Positions 1 through 9,097 of a stretch of 32,000 nt of DNA are shown piece by piece (within the stretch, counting starts at the first letter, position 1; each line of letters opens with the position of its first letter). Below the pieces are notes generated by a model. The model worked only from the letters and a program-made list of their open reading frames with translations, ran no database searches and had not been told where the DNA came from. Origin of the DNA: Okeania sp. (GTDB lineage Bacteria; Cyanobacteriota; Cyanobacteriia; Cyanobacteriales; Microcoleaceae); the NCBI RefSeq assembly GCF_035285525.1, contig NZ_JAYKGW010000013.1, positions 3,387 to 35,386 of the forward strand, written 5' to 3'. The position numbers and the translations under genes are program-made.

Positions 1-2
1 CT

Positions 3-587
3 AATGATAACAAGAGTTTAGGAACTTTCCGCTTAGATGGTATCCCCGCAGCACCTCGCGGTGTACCTCAAATCGAAGTTACTTTTGATATTGATGCTAA
101 CGGTATTCTGAATGTAACTGCGAAGGATAAGGGTACTGGTAAGGAACAGTCTATTAGTATTACGGGTGCTTCCACTCTTCCAGATACAGAAGTTGATCGG
201 ATGGTTAAGGAAGCAGAAGCAAATGCTGCTGCTGACAAAGAACGTCGCGAGAAAATTGACCGCAAAAACCAAGCTGACTCTTTAGCATATCAGGCTGAGA
301 AGCAAATTCAGGAATTGGGAGATAAGGTTCCGGAAGCTGATAAGACTAAGATTGAAGGTTTGGTTAAAGATTTGCGGGATGCTGTTGGTCAAGAAGACGA
401 TGAGAAAATTACTGCTTTAACTACTGAGTTACAACAAGCTCTCTACACTGTTAGCAGCAATATGTATCAACAAGCTGGTGGCGCTCCTGGTGAAGGTCCA
501 GCACCCGGTGGTGATGGTGCTGCTGCTGACTCTAATGCTGGTGGTGGAGATGATGTGATTGATGCTGATTTTACTGAATCAAAGTAA
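3..587 (+). CDS. dnaK: Molecular chaperone DnaK (Hsp70), C-terminal ~195 aa; 5' end lies outside the window
   Basis: Frame 3 is open from base 3. It reads [57 protein letters not shown], the Hsp70 substrate-binding domain, then a helical lid and Gly-rich tail ending DADFTESK. Track ORF 201..587 is only the part after an internal Met. Confidence 0.95.
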   Translation, partial: NDNKSLGTFRLDGIPAAPRGVPQIEVTFDIDANGILNVTAKDKGTGKEQSISITGASTLPDTEVDRMVKEAEANAAADKERREKIDRKNQADSLAYQAEKQIQELGDKVPEADKTKIEGLVKDLRDAVGQEDDEKITALTTELQQALYTVSSNMYQQAGGAPGEGPAPGGDGAAADSNAGGGDDVIDADFTESK

Positions 588-594
588 GTAATCG

Positions 595-706
595 ATAATT
601 AATAATTAATAATTACAGGACTTACGCAAAGAAACCCGGTTGATCGTAGAAACCGGGTTTCTGGATTCCCGTTGCTTTAGTCCTGAATTAATAATTAATA
701 ATTAAT
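595..706. repeat. (AATAATT)n heptamer tract split in two (595..615 and 686..706) by a 66-bp hairpin MITE
   Basis: ataattaataattaataatta lies on the left and gaattaataattaataattaat on the right of the insert. The same heptamer recurs at 2119..2136, 15991..16020, 16138..16155 and 25687..25728. Confidence 0.8.
618..683. mobile_element. MITE family A (GGACTTACGCA termini), minimal hairpin form
   Basis: Starts ggacttacgcaaag and ends ctttagtcc. The core is a 12-bp perfect stem, agaaacccggtt / aaccgggtttct. It lies 31 nt after the dnaK stop. Confidence 0.75.
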
Positions 707-773
707 CTATTCGCTCCATTAATTAATGAAAATTCCCTGGAACGTCCCTACTATTTCTTTTCTAAAAATGTCA

Positions 774-885
774 GGACTTACGCATAATCGAGGAGTTTTG
801 GTCATTTGAGATTGCTATCCTGACGGACTGCTTCGCAAACGCTGTGGCTCGCAATGACAGAAATACGTTGCGCGTGCGTAAGTCC
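774..885. mobile_element. MITE family A copy
   Basis: ggacttacgcataatcg ... gcgtgcgtaagtcc inverted termini. The internal block ttgagattgctatcctgacggactgc is the reverse complement of a block in the copy at 11026..11217. Confidence 0.75.
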
Positions 886-914
886 TAAATGTCTAATAAT
901 TGATATAGTAGTTA

Positions 915-1046
915 TGTCATGTCCGGATAATCAGCGATAGAAATCCGTTCCGCTTACGCGACCAAAAAACCTTTTTCCTTTAAACCTTTACTTCTCCTTC
1001 TGCCTTCATTTCTCCAAAATTTAACTATTCAACCGGACATGATATT
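915..1046. mobile_element. MITE family B (ATCATGTCCGG termini)
   Basis: gtcatgtccggataatc ... ttcaaccggacatgatatt inverted ends. The purine-rich interior (RC: ggcagaaggagaag) is shared with copies at 3733, 14078, 29121 and 30925. Confidence 0.7.
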
Positions 1047-1099
1047 AAAGCAAAGGTCAGGCAATTTCTAAATCCTAAAATCTTTTGATAGTCTACTTT

Positions 1100-1155
1100 T
1101 CCCTGTTCCCTATTCCCTCCATACCTGTTCCCTCCATACCTGTTCCCTATTCCCT
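1100..1155. repeat. Short tandem repeats (CCTGTTC / CCTATTC / CCTCCATA units), STRR-like
   Basis: ccctgttccctattccctccatacctgttccctccatacctgttccctattcccta lies directly upstream of the DUF4112 gene. A related tract, ctgttccctgttccttgttcccta, occurs at about 19040. Confidence 0.8.
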
Positions 1156-1175
1156 AGTGCGTAGCGCTGTAACTG

Positions 1176-1688
1176 ATGAAAAAACATTCTCGTACTATTC
1201 CAGATAATGAACTTCAAACTGCTAAGGTTAAACAACTGCGTCAACTTAGTGACTTACTTGATAATGCGATTCGTGTTCCTGGTACATCATTAGGTGTTGG
1301 TCTCGATCCCTTGCTAGGATTAATTCCTGGTGGTGGAGATGTTTTGGGCGGATTAATTTCTGTTTATATTGTGTTCTCTGCTGCCAAGATGGGATTACCT
1401 AAAGAAACTCTGACACGAATGGCTTCTAATATAGTGTTTGATTCCCTTGTTGGTATTGTACCTGTTATTGGGGATTTATTTGATGTTGCATGGAAAGCAA
1501 ATTCTAAAAATATGGATTTGTTGGAGAGTCATTTAAAATCTCCTCAAGTTAGTAAAAAAGCTGATAGTTCGTTTATTTTTCTACTTTTAGGTGGCTTGAT
1601 TTTATTTGTAATTGTTATTGCTATTTTAGGTTTTTTTATTATTAGTTTGTTATTAAAAATAATACAATTTATTATGTCAGGTATTTAA
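1176..1688 (+). CDS. DUF4112 family membrane protein
   Basis: 170 aa. GLDPLLGLIPGGGDVLGGLISVYIV ... VPVIGDLFDVAWKANSKNMDLL matches my memory of the DUF4112 signature. A C-terminal TM helix is present. Confidence 0.8.
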   Translation: MKKHSRTIPDNELQTAKVKQLRQLSDLLDNAIRVPGTSLGVGLDPLLGLIPGGGDVLGGLISVYIVFSAAKMGLPKETLTRMASNIVFDSLVGIVPVIGDLFDVAWKANSKNMDLLESHLKSPQVSKKADSSFIFLLLGGLILFVIVIAILGFFIISLLLKIIQFIMSGI

Positions 1689-1902
1689 TGTTAGTAATGT
1701 CATATAGAACCCATTTTGTGTGGGTGCATCTCATAGCGTGCCAAAATACTTTTTTCCTATTCCTTATTCCTTCTAAACCAGTTAAGTTTTCCCTAAAAGC
1801 GGTAAATTTTTGGCTTTATTCATGCATTGAGATGCACCCTTTTGTGTCTTTACAAAACTAGGGTTTGCGCTTCTTCAGTCTCTTGGTGAAGGTAGGGAGT
1901 AG

Positions 1903-1927
1903 GTAGGGACGTTGCATAGTCCCTACT
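1903..1927. mobile_element. MITE family C remnant (GTAGGGACGTTGCAT termini), minimal hairpin
   Basis: gtagggacgttgcatagtccctac. The same termini occur at 14256..14286 and 14440..14519. Confidence 0.55.
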
Positions 1928-2050
1928 GGATTTTGATTATGGCTCCAGTGGTTCATCAAGAGTGAAAAGCACTGTAACTCAGTATTTCAAGCCTCTGACT
2001 TGAGTCGAAGTTTACTGATAACTGAATTGCGCAGTTCCTCCGGAGGAGGC

Positions 2051-2092
2051 TAACTGATAACTGATAACTGATAACTGATAACTGATAACTGA
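2051..2092. repeat. (ATAACTG)6 heptamer STRR tract
   Basis: taactgataactgataactgataactgataactga. An identical tract lies at 9068..9095. Confidence 0.9.
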
Positions 2093-2136
2093 AATGATCA
2101 TTCAGCTAATAATGAACAATTAATAATTAATAATTA

Positions 2137-2248
2137 CCCCTTCTTAAAAGAAGGGGATTGACTAATCATGAAAATTTTTGATTTATCCCCTAGAATAGGG
2201 GAGGCTTCCAGGGGTGAATTGTTGAATGAATAATTATTGACTATCAAC
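2137..2248. mobile_element. ~112-bp dispersed repeat, family E, flanked by AATAATT tracts
   Basis: ccccttcttaaaagaagggg hairpin ... gcttccagg.gtgaattgttgaatgaataattattgacta. A reverse-complement copy lies at 16026..16137. Confidence 0.7.
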
Positions 2249-2288
2249 TTTTAATTATTAATTATTCAGTAATACCTTTGAGATTTAA

Positions 2289-2352
2289 TCAGCAAACCCT
2301 AACTACTCCCTACTCCCTACCATAACAAAAAGACTTTTTTTGCCAACCCTAG
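2289..2352. mobile_element. Fragments of MITE family P (TTAGGGTTTGCTGA termini)
   Basis: tcagcaaaccctaa, then a GGGAGTA-type STRR, then aaaaagactttttttgccaaccctag. The fragment ends exactly at the ddl stop codon (2353..2355). Confidence 0.6.
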
Positions 2353-3426
2353 TTAGTTAGAATGTCTTTCCAATGCTAACTGAATCAAAGTATCTACCAA
2401 CTCATCAAAAAGAACACCACTAGCTTCCCAAAGCATAGGATACATACTCGTAGAAGTAAAACCAGGCATAGTATTAATTTCATTAATCAAAATTTCTCCA
2501 CTTTTTTCCACATAGAAAAAATCTACCCTGGCTAAACCTGCTGCATCCACAGCTAAAAATGCCTGGGTTGCCATTTCTTGAATTTGAGTAGCGATCGCTT
2601 CACTCACCCGCGCGGGAATAAATAATCCTGCTTTTCCTTCTGTATACTTAGTTTCATAATCATAAAAATCACTATCATAAGTAATCTCACCAAGTACAGA
2701 AGCTTTCGGGTGATCATTCCCCAACACTGCACATTCTAACTCTCGCATTTCCACACCTGCTTCCACAATAATGCGTCGGTCATATTTAGCAGCATCATCC
2801 AAAGCAGTTTCTAACTCCGAACGGGTGCGCACCTTAGCAATACCAACCGATGAACCTAAATTTGCAGGTTTCACAAAACAGGGATATCCTAAAGCTGTTT
2901 CAATATCATCACACAGTTTGGGAAACACACAAGGATTAGACCAAATCTGCGATCGCATTACTGCCATATACTTCACTTGAGGTAAACCTGCATGAGCAAA
3001 AGCAATTTTTGTGGCTATTTTATCCATACCCATTGCTGCACCCAAAACTCCAGAACCGACAAAAGGAACCTGCATTAATTTGAGTAAACCTTGTATTGTA
3101 CCATCTTCCCCATTCGGACCGTGGAGAACTGGAAACCAAACATCTACCTCTGCTACTTCGGGAGGAAGTTGCCAGAGAAGGGATGTTTTGGAGTCATTAT
3201 TATTTTCATCCGTCAGTTGGGATGGTTTACCAGACTCTAGCACTGGTTGGGAAAAATCAGTTGGTTGCCAACGACCATCTTTTTGAATATATATTGGCAT
3301 TAATTCATATTTTTCTGGATTTTTTCCTTTACTTAAGGCAGTAGCGATCGCTTTAGCAGAGCAAATGGATACTTCATGTTCCCCGGAGCAACCACCAAAT
3401 AATAAACCTACTCGTAATTTTTTCAT
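2353..3426 (-). CDS. ddl: D-alanine--D-alanine ligase
   Basis: 357 aa. N-terminus is [27 protein letters not shown]-grasp core: [17 protein letters not shown] ... LARVDFFY ... [13 protein letters not shown]. Confidence 0.95.
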   Translation of the reverse strand: MKKLRVGLLFGGCSGEHEVSICSAKAIATALSKGKNPEKYELMPIYIQKDGRWQPTDFSQPVLESGKPSQLTDENNNDSKTSLLWQLPPEVAEVDVWFPVLHGPNGEDGTIQGLLKLMQVPFVGSGVLGAAMGMDKIATKIAFAHAGLPQVKYMAVMRSQIWSNPCVFPKLCDDIETALGYPCFVKPANLGSSVGIAKVRTRSELETALDDAAKYDRRIIVEAGVEMRELECAVLGNDHPKASVLGEITYDSDFYDYETKYTEGKAGLFIPARVSEAIATQIQEMATQAFLAVDAAGLARVDFFYVEKSGEILINEINTMPGFTSTSMYPMLWEASGVLFDELVDTLIQLALERHSN

Positions 3427-3732
3427 TCAGCTTCCTTTAACAAAATTTTACTGTCAGATAGATTACCATAAGCTAGCAGAAACAAGGAAGAAGGTTTTCA
3501 GGAAGTCAAAAGTCAAAAATCAGAAGTCAGAAGTTTTTAAGGAGATGGGGAGTAATTTTTTGCCCAACTCATGCTCAAAATGCGCTCCTATAGTGCTGCG
3601 CTGCCGCGCAACAGGCAACAGCTCATTTGACAATAGGGAGAATAAATTACCGATAATATAAGACTATTAGTTCTTGGACACCTCCTGCAATCTGGAAATA
3701 TTAAGTGCACACATTACTATATTTGAGCATAG

Positions 3733-3810
3733 TATCATGTTCGGATAATTAGTAAGAAAAAACTTTTTTTAAACCTTATTTTTCCCTTCTACCTTCGTTC
3801 CGCAAAAATA
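3733..3810. mobile_element. MITE family B, truncated copy (left end only)
   Basis: tatcatgttcggataattag ... aaaccttatttttcccttctaccttcgttcc aligns with 915..1010. Confidence 0.5.
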
Positions 3811-3922
3811 AAAAGTAAAATCAATTCTTCTTGCCTATTCCCTATTCCCTCTTTTGTAGATATCTATGGTAAACTTGTTAATGTTATTTTAATTAAAAAT
3901 TCGATTATATAACTGTAAAATT

Positions 3923-4291
3923 ATGCCCAACTCCAAACGTAATTCTTTTGATAAAATAAATCCCAAAGGCGATCGGGTAGTTTATTCAGAATTTGGTAAT
4001 AATGCTAGTTCTCCAGCAACAGAAAGAGCATTACCAAACTTACCGCCAAACCAACAAAATTTAAGAGTACAAGCATCCCGCAAAGGTCGTAAAGGAAAAA
4101 CAGTTACTATTATTAGTGGGTTTCAGTCAGACCAAGAAACTTTAACAGCTTTACTTAAACAACTGAAAAATCAATGCGGTGCAGGTGGAACTCTTAAGGA
4201 TAATGAAATAGAAATTCAGGGGGAACATAAAGAAAAGTTGTTAGATATTTTAACTAAGTTAGGTTATAAAGCTAAAATTAGTGGAGGTTAA
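3923..4291 (+). CDS. SUI1/eIF1-family translation initiation factor homolog (YciH-like)
   Basis: 122 aa. RKGRKGKTVTIISGF ... LLKQLKNQCGAGGTLKDNEIEIQGEHKEKLLDILTKLGYKAK is the SUI1 domain. Confidence 0.9.
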   Translation: MPNSKRNSFDKINPKGDRVVYSEFGNNASSPATERALPNLPPNQQNLRVQASRKGRKGKTVTIISGFQSDQETLTALLKQLKNQCGAGGTLKDNEIEIQGEHKEKLLDILTKLGYKAKISGG

Positions 4292-4310
4292 AGTTAGTAT
4301 TAAGCTATTA

Positions 4311-4403
4311 GACTTCTCCAGAAAAGAGGTATGGAGGCAATGAGCAATGGGAAGAAGTAATATGGATAAGAATTGATTTCCTGTTTTTTATTTTTGGAGA
4401 TGT
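4311..4403. mobile_element. MITE family D (ACATCTCCAAAAA termini)
   Basis: gacttctccagaaaagagg ... tatttttggagatgt. A second copy lies at 29262..29367. Confidence 0.65.
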
Positions 4404-4728
4404 TTATGTCTTTAAAGTAAGAAAGCAGTAAAAATTGAAATATAAAACTATGTCATTTGGTTGCTTGATTGTACTTACTAAAAAGCTGAAAGGTGAATGC
4501 TAATAGCTGAATGTTACATAAAGCTTTTATGCCAAGAAAGCAATAGCTAATAACTGACAGGGAAATGGTTACTTTAGAGGTTATAAAGTTATTAGAAAAA
4601 TCAGGAAAATAGAATATATTTACTGTAGGTAACTATTAGCAAAGCATTAATTTTCTGAGAGTAAGCTACCAATAATATTTATGGAATTAAGCGGAATTTA
4701 GATTTTTGCTTTGTAAGTTGAAATAGGG

Positions 4729-4958
4729 GTAAGCATTCAGCAGTCAGCATTTCCTTCGGAAGCAGTCAGCTATTTATTTTAGGAGTGAGATAAAAGCTTT
4801 GTTAGTTGAGGCAAGGTAAATTGAATGTTGCTATCAAAACTAACTTTAAAGGTTATATTCATTAAAAGCCATTTTCATATCTTAAGATAGAGTTTGCTGA
4901 ATGGGAGTACATTCCTTTTGCGCGGCATTCTGGAGGAAAGGAATAGCTGAATACTTAC
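4729..4958. mobile_element. MITE family G (GTAAGCATTCAGC termini)
   Basis: gtaagcattcagcagtcagc ... gctgaatacttac inverted ends. A second copy lies at 5414..5701, and a solo end, gctgaatgttac, at about 4508. Confidence 0.55.
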
Positions 4959-5000
4959 AAGTAGGGAAGAATTAAAATTATATTATTGGAGAATATATAA

Positions 5001-5189
5001 ATGTTTAGAACAGTTGCTTTAGTTTTACTGGGAACTTCTCTTGGTTTTGGATTTTCTATGGTAAGTGATGGTGATGGTTTTGCGATTAAAGTACCTCAAA
5101 TAGAAGCAGGAAAATTAGAATGTCGTTGGTTGCCTGAAAATCATTCCAATAATTCTTTTGATGAACAATTTTTAGAACCAAGATATTAA
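5001..5189 (+). CDS. Small hypothetical protein with a signal-peptide-like N-terminus
   Basis: 62 aa, MFRTVALVLLGTSLGFGFSMV... A GGAG lies 9 nt upstream of the ATG. I recognise no homology, and the ORF sits between two MITEs. Confidence 0.25.
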   Translation: MFRTVALVLLGTSLGFGFSMVSDGDGFAIKVPQIEAGKLECRWLPENHSNNSFDEQFLEPRY

Positions 5190-5302
5190 ATAATTAATAA
5201 TGAAAATTATAGCAAGATGCGCTGATATTGGAATATTTATGATGCCAAGAAAATAGAAATGCTATAATATCAACTTAAATAATTTTCATTGTGATTAAAA
5301 AA

Positions 5303-5337
5303 AAGCAATATCTCATAATTTGGGATTGCTTCTTTTT
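5303..5337 (+). terminator. Weak hairpin plus T-tract downstream of the small ORF
   Basis: aagcaat-N15-attgctt followed by ctttttaat. The stem is only 7 bp. Confidence 0.25.
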
Positions 5338-5413
5338 AATTTAAAGAGTTTATAAACGAAGTTTATCTAGGAAATTTTCTGGTTTGAACGGCAATTATGG
5401 CAATAAATCTTCT

Positions 5414-5701
5414 GTAAGCATTCAGCCGTCAGCTATTGCTTTTAGTTTGTAATAAAAGCTTTTTCATTTTAGAATAAAAATTACTACAAAAGCCAGTTTT
5501 TAGTAAGCATTTCCTGGGTCATGCTGCGCCAACAGCTATTCGCAATAAAAACCTTAACCATAAGGAGGATATTTAAACTAATAAAGAAAGTGAAAGCTGA
5601 ATTTTGTAGTCAGATAAAATTCCTCAATCATAAAGCTTTTATCTCAAAGTAAAATAGATGGCTGAACACTGAGTGCTGAGTGCTGAATTATAAATGCTTA
5701 C
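5414..5701. mobile_element. MITE family G copy
   Basis: gtaagcattcagccgtcagc ... gctgaattataaatgcttac inverted ends. Confidence 0.55.
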
Positions 5702-5831
5702 AACCTTCTTTCTTAGAGCTAAATTAGTTACTATACTTAGGCTTTAGGAATTTGCTGTCCAATAACTCCTAATTAATAAAAACTAAGTATAATATTAATC
5801 GGAAAAATAATCTGGTTTAATAAACAAAAAA

Positions 5832-7763
5832 ATGAATAATTATAATAAATCTCATGGTTGTAGCTGTCACGATGAAGAAAATAATAATCATATTAATCAA
5901 CCTACACAAGATGCAAATTTAAGACAGGAAATTTTACCTTTATTTCCAGTCACTATTATCTATATTTTCAGTTTGATTTTCTATCAACAATTACAAAATA
6001 CTGCCCACGGAATAGGACAATACATATTATTTATTCCTATCTATATATATAGTGGATGGACTGTACTTTATAGGGCAGGGAAAAATATTTTTAAAGGTAG
6101 AATATTTGATGAAAATTTTTTAATGAGTGTGGCAACATTAGCAGCGATAACTATTGATAAATTACCGGAAGCAGTGGCAGTAATGTTGTTTTATCAAATT
6201 GGGGAAATACTCCAAGAATATTCGGTCAAACGTTCCCGTATTTCTATCAAGTCTTTATTAGAAGTTCGTCCTGATTATGCAAATTTAAAAATTGATGATT
6301 CTTTAGAAAAAGTATCTCCAGAAATAGTAGAAATTGGCAGTAAAATAGTTGTTAAACCTGGCGAAAAAATTCCTTTAGATGGTGAAATTATCTCTGGCAA
6401 TTCTCAAGTTGATACTTCGGTGTTAACTGGAGAATCAATACCTAAGTTTTTCACAGTTGGGGAAACAATATTAGCAGGCATGGTTAACCAAACGGGAGTA
6501 TTAACAATTCGGGTTAGTAAAGCATTTTCTGAATCTTCAATTTCCCGAATTTTAGAATTAGTTGAAACTGCCAAAACGCATAAATCTCAAACTGAAAGAT
6601 TTATGACAATTTTTGCTAGTTATTATACTCCAGTAGTTGTTTTTCTTTCCTTGATAATTGCTCTTTTACCTCCTATATTTATCTCTGGTGCGACTCATGG
6701 AGATTGGATAAATCGGGCATTAATTGTATTAGTTGTTTCCTGTCCTTGTGGATTAGTAATTAGTATTCCTTTGGGTTACTTTGGTGGAGTTGGTAGGGCT
6801 GCAAAAAGAGGAATTTTAGTCAAAGGTTCTACATTTTTAGATGATTTAGCTGTTCTTAAAACTGTAGTTTTTGATAAAACTGGAACTTTAACAGAAGGGA
6901 AACTTCAGGTAACAGATATTATGACAAAAAATGGCTTGACTAAATCAGAATTAATAGAAATGGCAGCTAAAGTTGAATCTTTATCAAATCATCCTATTGC
7001 TCAAACAGTTTATAAATATAATTCCCACAAAATAGATAATTCTGATGTGTCAGAATATCAAGAAATTGCTGGATGTGGAATTAAAGCAAAAGTTGGGAAT
7101 AAAACAGTTATTGCTGGAAGTTATCGCCTGTTAAATATAGAAAATATTGAACATGATATTTGCGATATTGGAGATACAGCAGTTCATTTAGCAGTTGATA
7201 ATAAATATGTTGGTTATATTATAATTTCTGACCAAATTAAATTAGATGCTGCTCAGGCAATTAAATCTTTAAAAAATTTGGGCGTGGAAAAAACTGTCAT
7301 GTTAACTGGAGACCATCGAAGTGTTGCTCAACGGGTGGCAAAAAATCTCGGTTTAGATGATTATAAAGCAGAATTATTGCCAGAAGATAAAGTTACTGCC
7401 ATTGAAAAATTACTACATCAAAAAAATGGAAAAGTTGCTTTTGTTGGTGATGGAATTAATGATGCTCCCGTTATTGCTCGCGCTGATGTTGGTATAGCGA
7501 TGGGTGGTATGGGTTCCGATGCAGCGATCAAAAGTGCAGATATTGTGATTATGACTGACTCTCCTTCTCAGGTTGCTGAAGCAATAAAAGTTGGCAGGAA
7601 AACTCGTCGTATTGTTTGGCAGAATATTGGTTTTGCTTTGGGGATAAAAGGTTTGTTTATTTTGTTGGGAATAGTCGGGTTAGCAAATATTTGGGAAGCA
7701 GTTTTTGCAGATATGGGTGTGGCGTTAATTGCAATTTTTAATTCTAGTCGAGATAATTTATGA
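5832..7763 (+). CDS. Heavy-metal translocating P1B-type ATPase (Zn/Cd/Co/Pb class likely)
   Basis: 643 aa. Motifs present: TGES actuator (LTGESIP), CPC in TM6 (SCPCGLVIS), DKTGTLT phosphorylation site, HP (SNHPIA) and GDGINDAP. The N-terminus, HGCSCHDEENNNH, is Cys/His-rich. No GMxCxxC HMA domain is visible. Confidence 0.9.
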   Translation: MNNYNKSHGCSCHDEENNNHINQPTQDANLRQEILPLFPVTIIYIFSLIFYQQLQNTAHGIGQYILFIPIYIYSGWTVLYRAGKNIFKGRIFDENFLMSVATLAAITIDKLPEAVAVMLFYQIGEILQEYSVKRSRISIKSLLEVRPDYANLKIDDSLEKVSPEIVEIGSKIVVKPGEKIPLDGEIISGNSQVDTSVLTGESIPKFFTVGETILAGMVNQTGVLTIRVSKAFSESSISRILELVETAKTHKSQTERFMTIFASYYTPVVVFLSLIIALLPPIFISGATHGDWINRALIVLVVSCPCGLVISIPLGYFGGVGRAAKRGILVKGSTFLDDLAVLKTVVFDKTGTLTEGKLQVTDIMTKNGLTKSELIEMAAKVESLSNHPIAQTVYKYNSHKIDNSDVSEYQEIAGCGIKAKVGNKTVIAGSYRLLNIENIEHDICDIGDTAVHLAVDNKYVGYIIISDQIKLDAAQAIKSLKNLGVEKTVMLTGDHRSVAQRVAKNLGLDDYKAELLPEDKVTAIEKLLHQKNGKVAFVGDGINDAPVIARADVGIAMGGMGSDAAIKSADIVIMTDSPSQVAEAIKVGRKTRRIVWQNIGFALGIKGLFILLGIVGLANIWEAVFADMGVALIAIFNSSRDNL

Positions 7764-7789
7764 GAAACAATATTAATAGATAAAATATA

Positions 7790-8618
7790 ATGTTTAAGAA
7801 CTATCAAGATATATTTTTTGCTGTAGTTGGTGATGTTCACGGCCATATTTATAAAATGATTAATTTACTACAAAAATGGGAAAATAATTCTCATCAAAAG
7901 CTAGAATTTATTTTGCAAATAGGAGATTTTGAACCGCACCGCTACGAAACCGATCTAGTAACAATGGATGCACCTAAAAAATATCGTAAATTAGGATAAT
8001 TTCCTGATTTTATCAATAAAAAGCTTCTTTTCCTTGGCTTCTTTGGTTTATTGGTGGTAATCACGAACCTTATGGTTTTTTAGACAGAATTAATGCAGGT
8101 ACAGAAATTACTAATAATTGCTATTATTTAGGTAGAGTTGGAACGGTGGTTTGATCAGGTCTAAAAATTGTAGGAGTTTCTGGTATTTATCAAGAGGATA
8201 AATTGCTGGTTTCTCGACCTAAAGTTTCTGAAATTAGTAGTTATTCTAATCAGGATTATATTGCTTTTACAGAATCAGAAATTATGGAAGCTTCAGACTG
8301 TAGATATACAGATTTTTCTTATTACATGACTGGCCTGCTAATGTTATAAATCCGGCAGATGCTGAAGAGTTTGAACAGCAACGAAGGAGTCAAGGTTATT
8401 ACGATTTAGTGGGAAATGAATATGTCAGAATGTTAGTAAATGAGTTAAAACCAAAGTTAGTAGTTTGCGGTCATTTGCACAAAAGTTATCGGAACCAAAT
8501 ATTACTTAATTCTGGGGATTTTACAGATATTTGTTGTCTAGCAAATGTTCAATCAGGAGTTGATGCCATTGCAATTTTTCATCTGAATAAAACAGGTAAA
8601 ATATTAGAAGTTATCTGA
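7790..8618 (+). pseudogene. Calcineurin-like metallophosphoesterase, disrupted by frameshifts and stops
   Basis: Track ORFs 7790..7999 (FAVVGDVHGH ... LQIGDFEP) and 8409..8618 (LVVCGHLHKSY) are the N- and C-terminal pieces. The middle (FIGGNHEPYGF ... KIVGVSGIY) reads in other frames, with stops at about 8150 and about 8345. Confidence 0.85.
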
Positions 8619-8626
8619 CAAGAAAC

Positions 8627-8991
8627 TGTGTTTGTGGAACAGAGATATTAGTATGATAGGATATCTAATATAAACGAGGTAAATCTATCGGGAGCTTTCC
8701 GACTCATACTGAAAATATTTGATTATTAATATTTGTACTTCCTCTGCAGAGAATCTACTTTAACTTAATTACTGCTTCCTGATGATTGACTTACTAAAAA
8801 AATGGGAAAATAATAGGTGAAATCTCAGCAGTTTTATCAATGAATAATTTGGGAGCTTTCCGACTCATACTGAAAATATTTGATTATTAATATTTGTACT
8901 TCCTCTGCGGAAAATCTACTGTAATATTATCTGACTTTAGAGTATTATAAAAAACCGGGTTTGTGGAAAAATAGGATATCTAATACAAACC
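8627..8991. repeat. About 2.3 tandem copies of a 161-bp unit
   Basis: A 70-nt block, gggagctttccgactcatactgaaaatatttgattattaatatttgtacttcctctgc, starts at 8690 and again at 8851 with 2 mismatches. The companion block gtttgtgg...ataggatatctaata.aaac is at about 8627 and about 8957, with a degenerate copy at about 8800. Confidence 0.8.
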
Positions 8992-9067
8992 TGACTTCTA
9001 TATTTAATATGATAATTTTACACCTAGCTAAAAATTTCCAAATGACGTACTATTAACTGATAAATTA

Positions 9068-9095
9068 ATAACTGATAACTGATAACTGATAACTG
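9068..9095. repeat. (ATAACTG)4 heptamer STRR tract ending 2 nt before the uvrC ATG
   Basis: ataactgataactgataactgataactga aATG. Confidence 0.9.
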
Positions 9096-9097
9096 AA

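Noticed and set aside
33-272. Track ORFs 33..272 and 68..265 on the minus strand
   Set aside because: They lie antisense inside the strongly supported dnaK frame. The compositions ([21 protein letters not shown]) are typical of shadow ORFs.
2051-2092. CRISPR array, considered for the heptamer tracts here and at 9068, and for the 161-bp tandem repeat at 8627..8991
   Set aside because: The heptamers have no spacers. The 161-bp unit has about two copies with homologous rather than unique inter-repeat sequence. No cas genes are in the window.
2771-3661. Plus-strand ORFs 2771..2980, 3011..3286, 3096..3344 and 3365..3661
   Set aside because: The first three are antisense shadows of ddl. The last starts inside ddl and runs into repeat sequence (gtcagaa STRR and a MITE-like block), and it has no recognisable domain.
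7568-7846. Minus-strand ORF overlapping the ATPase 3' end
   Set aside because: It is antisense to a well-supported P-type ATPase frame, with an AT-rich low-complexity translation.
8797-8816. Short match (aaaaatgggaaaataat) to codons within the phosphoesterase pseudogene at about 7873
   Set aside because: It is only about 17 nt of AT-rich sequence. It is better explained as a degenerate copy of the tandem-repeat partner block (tgtggaaaaatagg).
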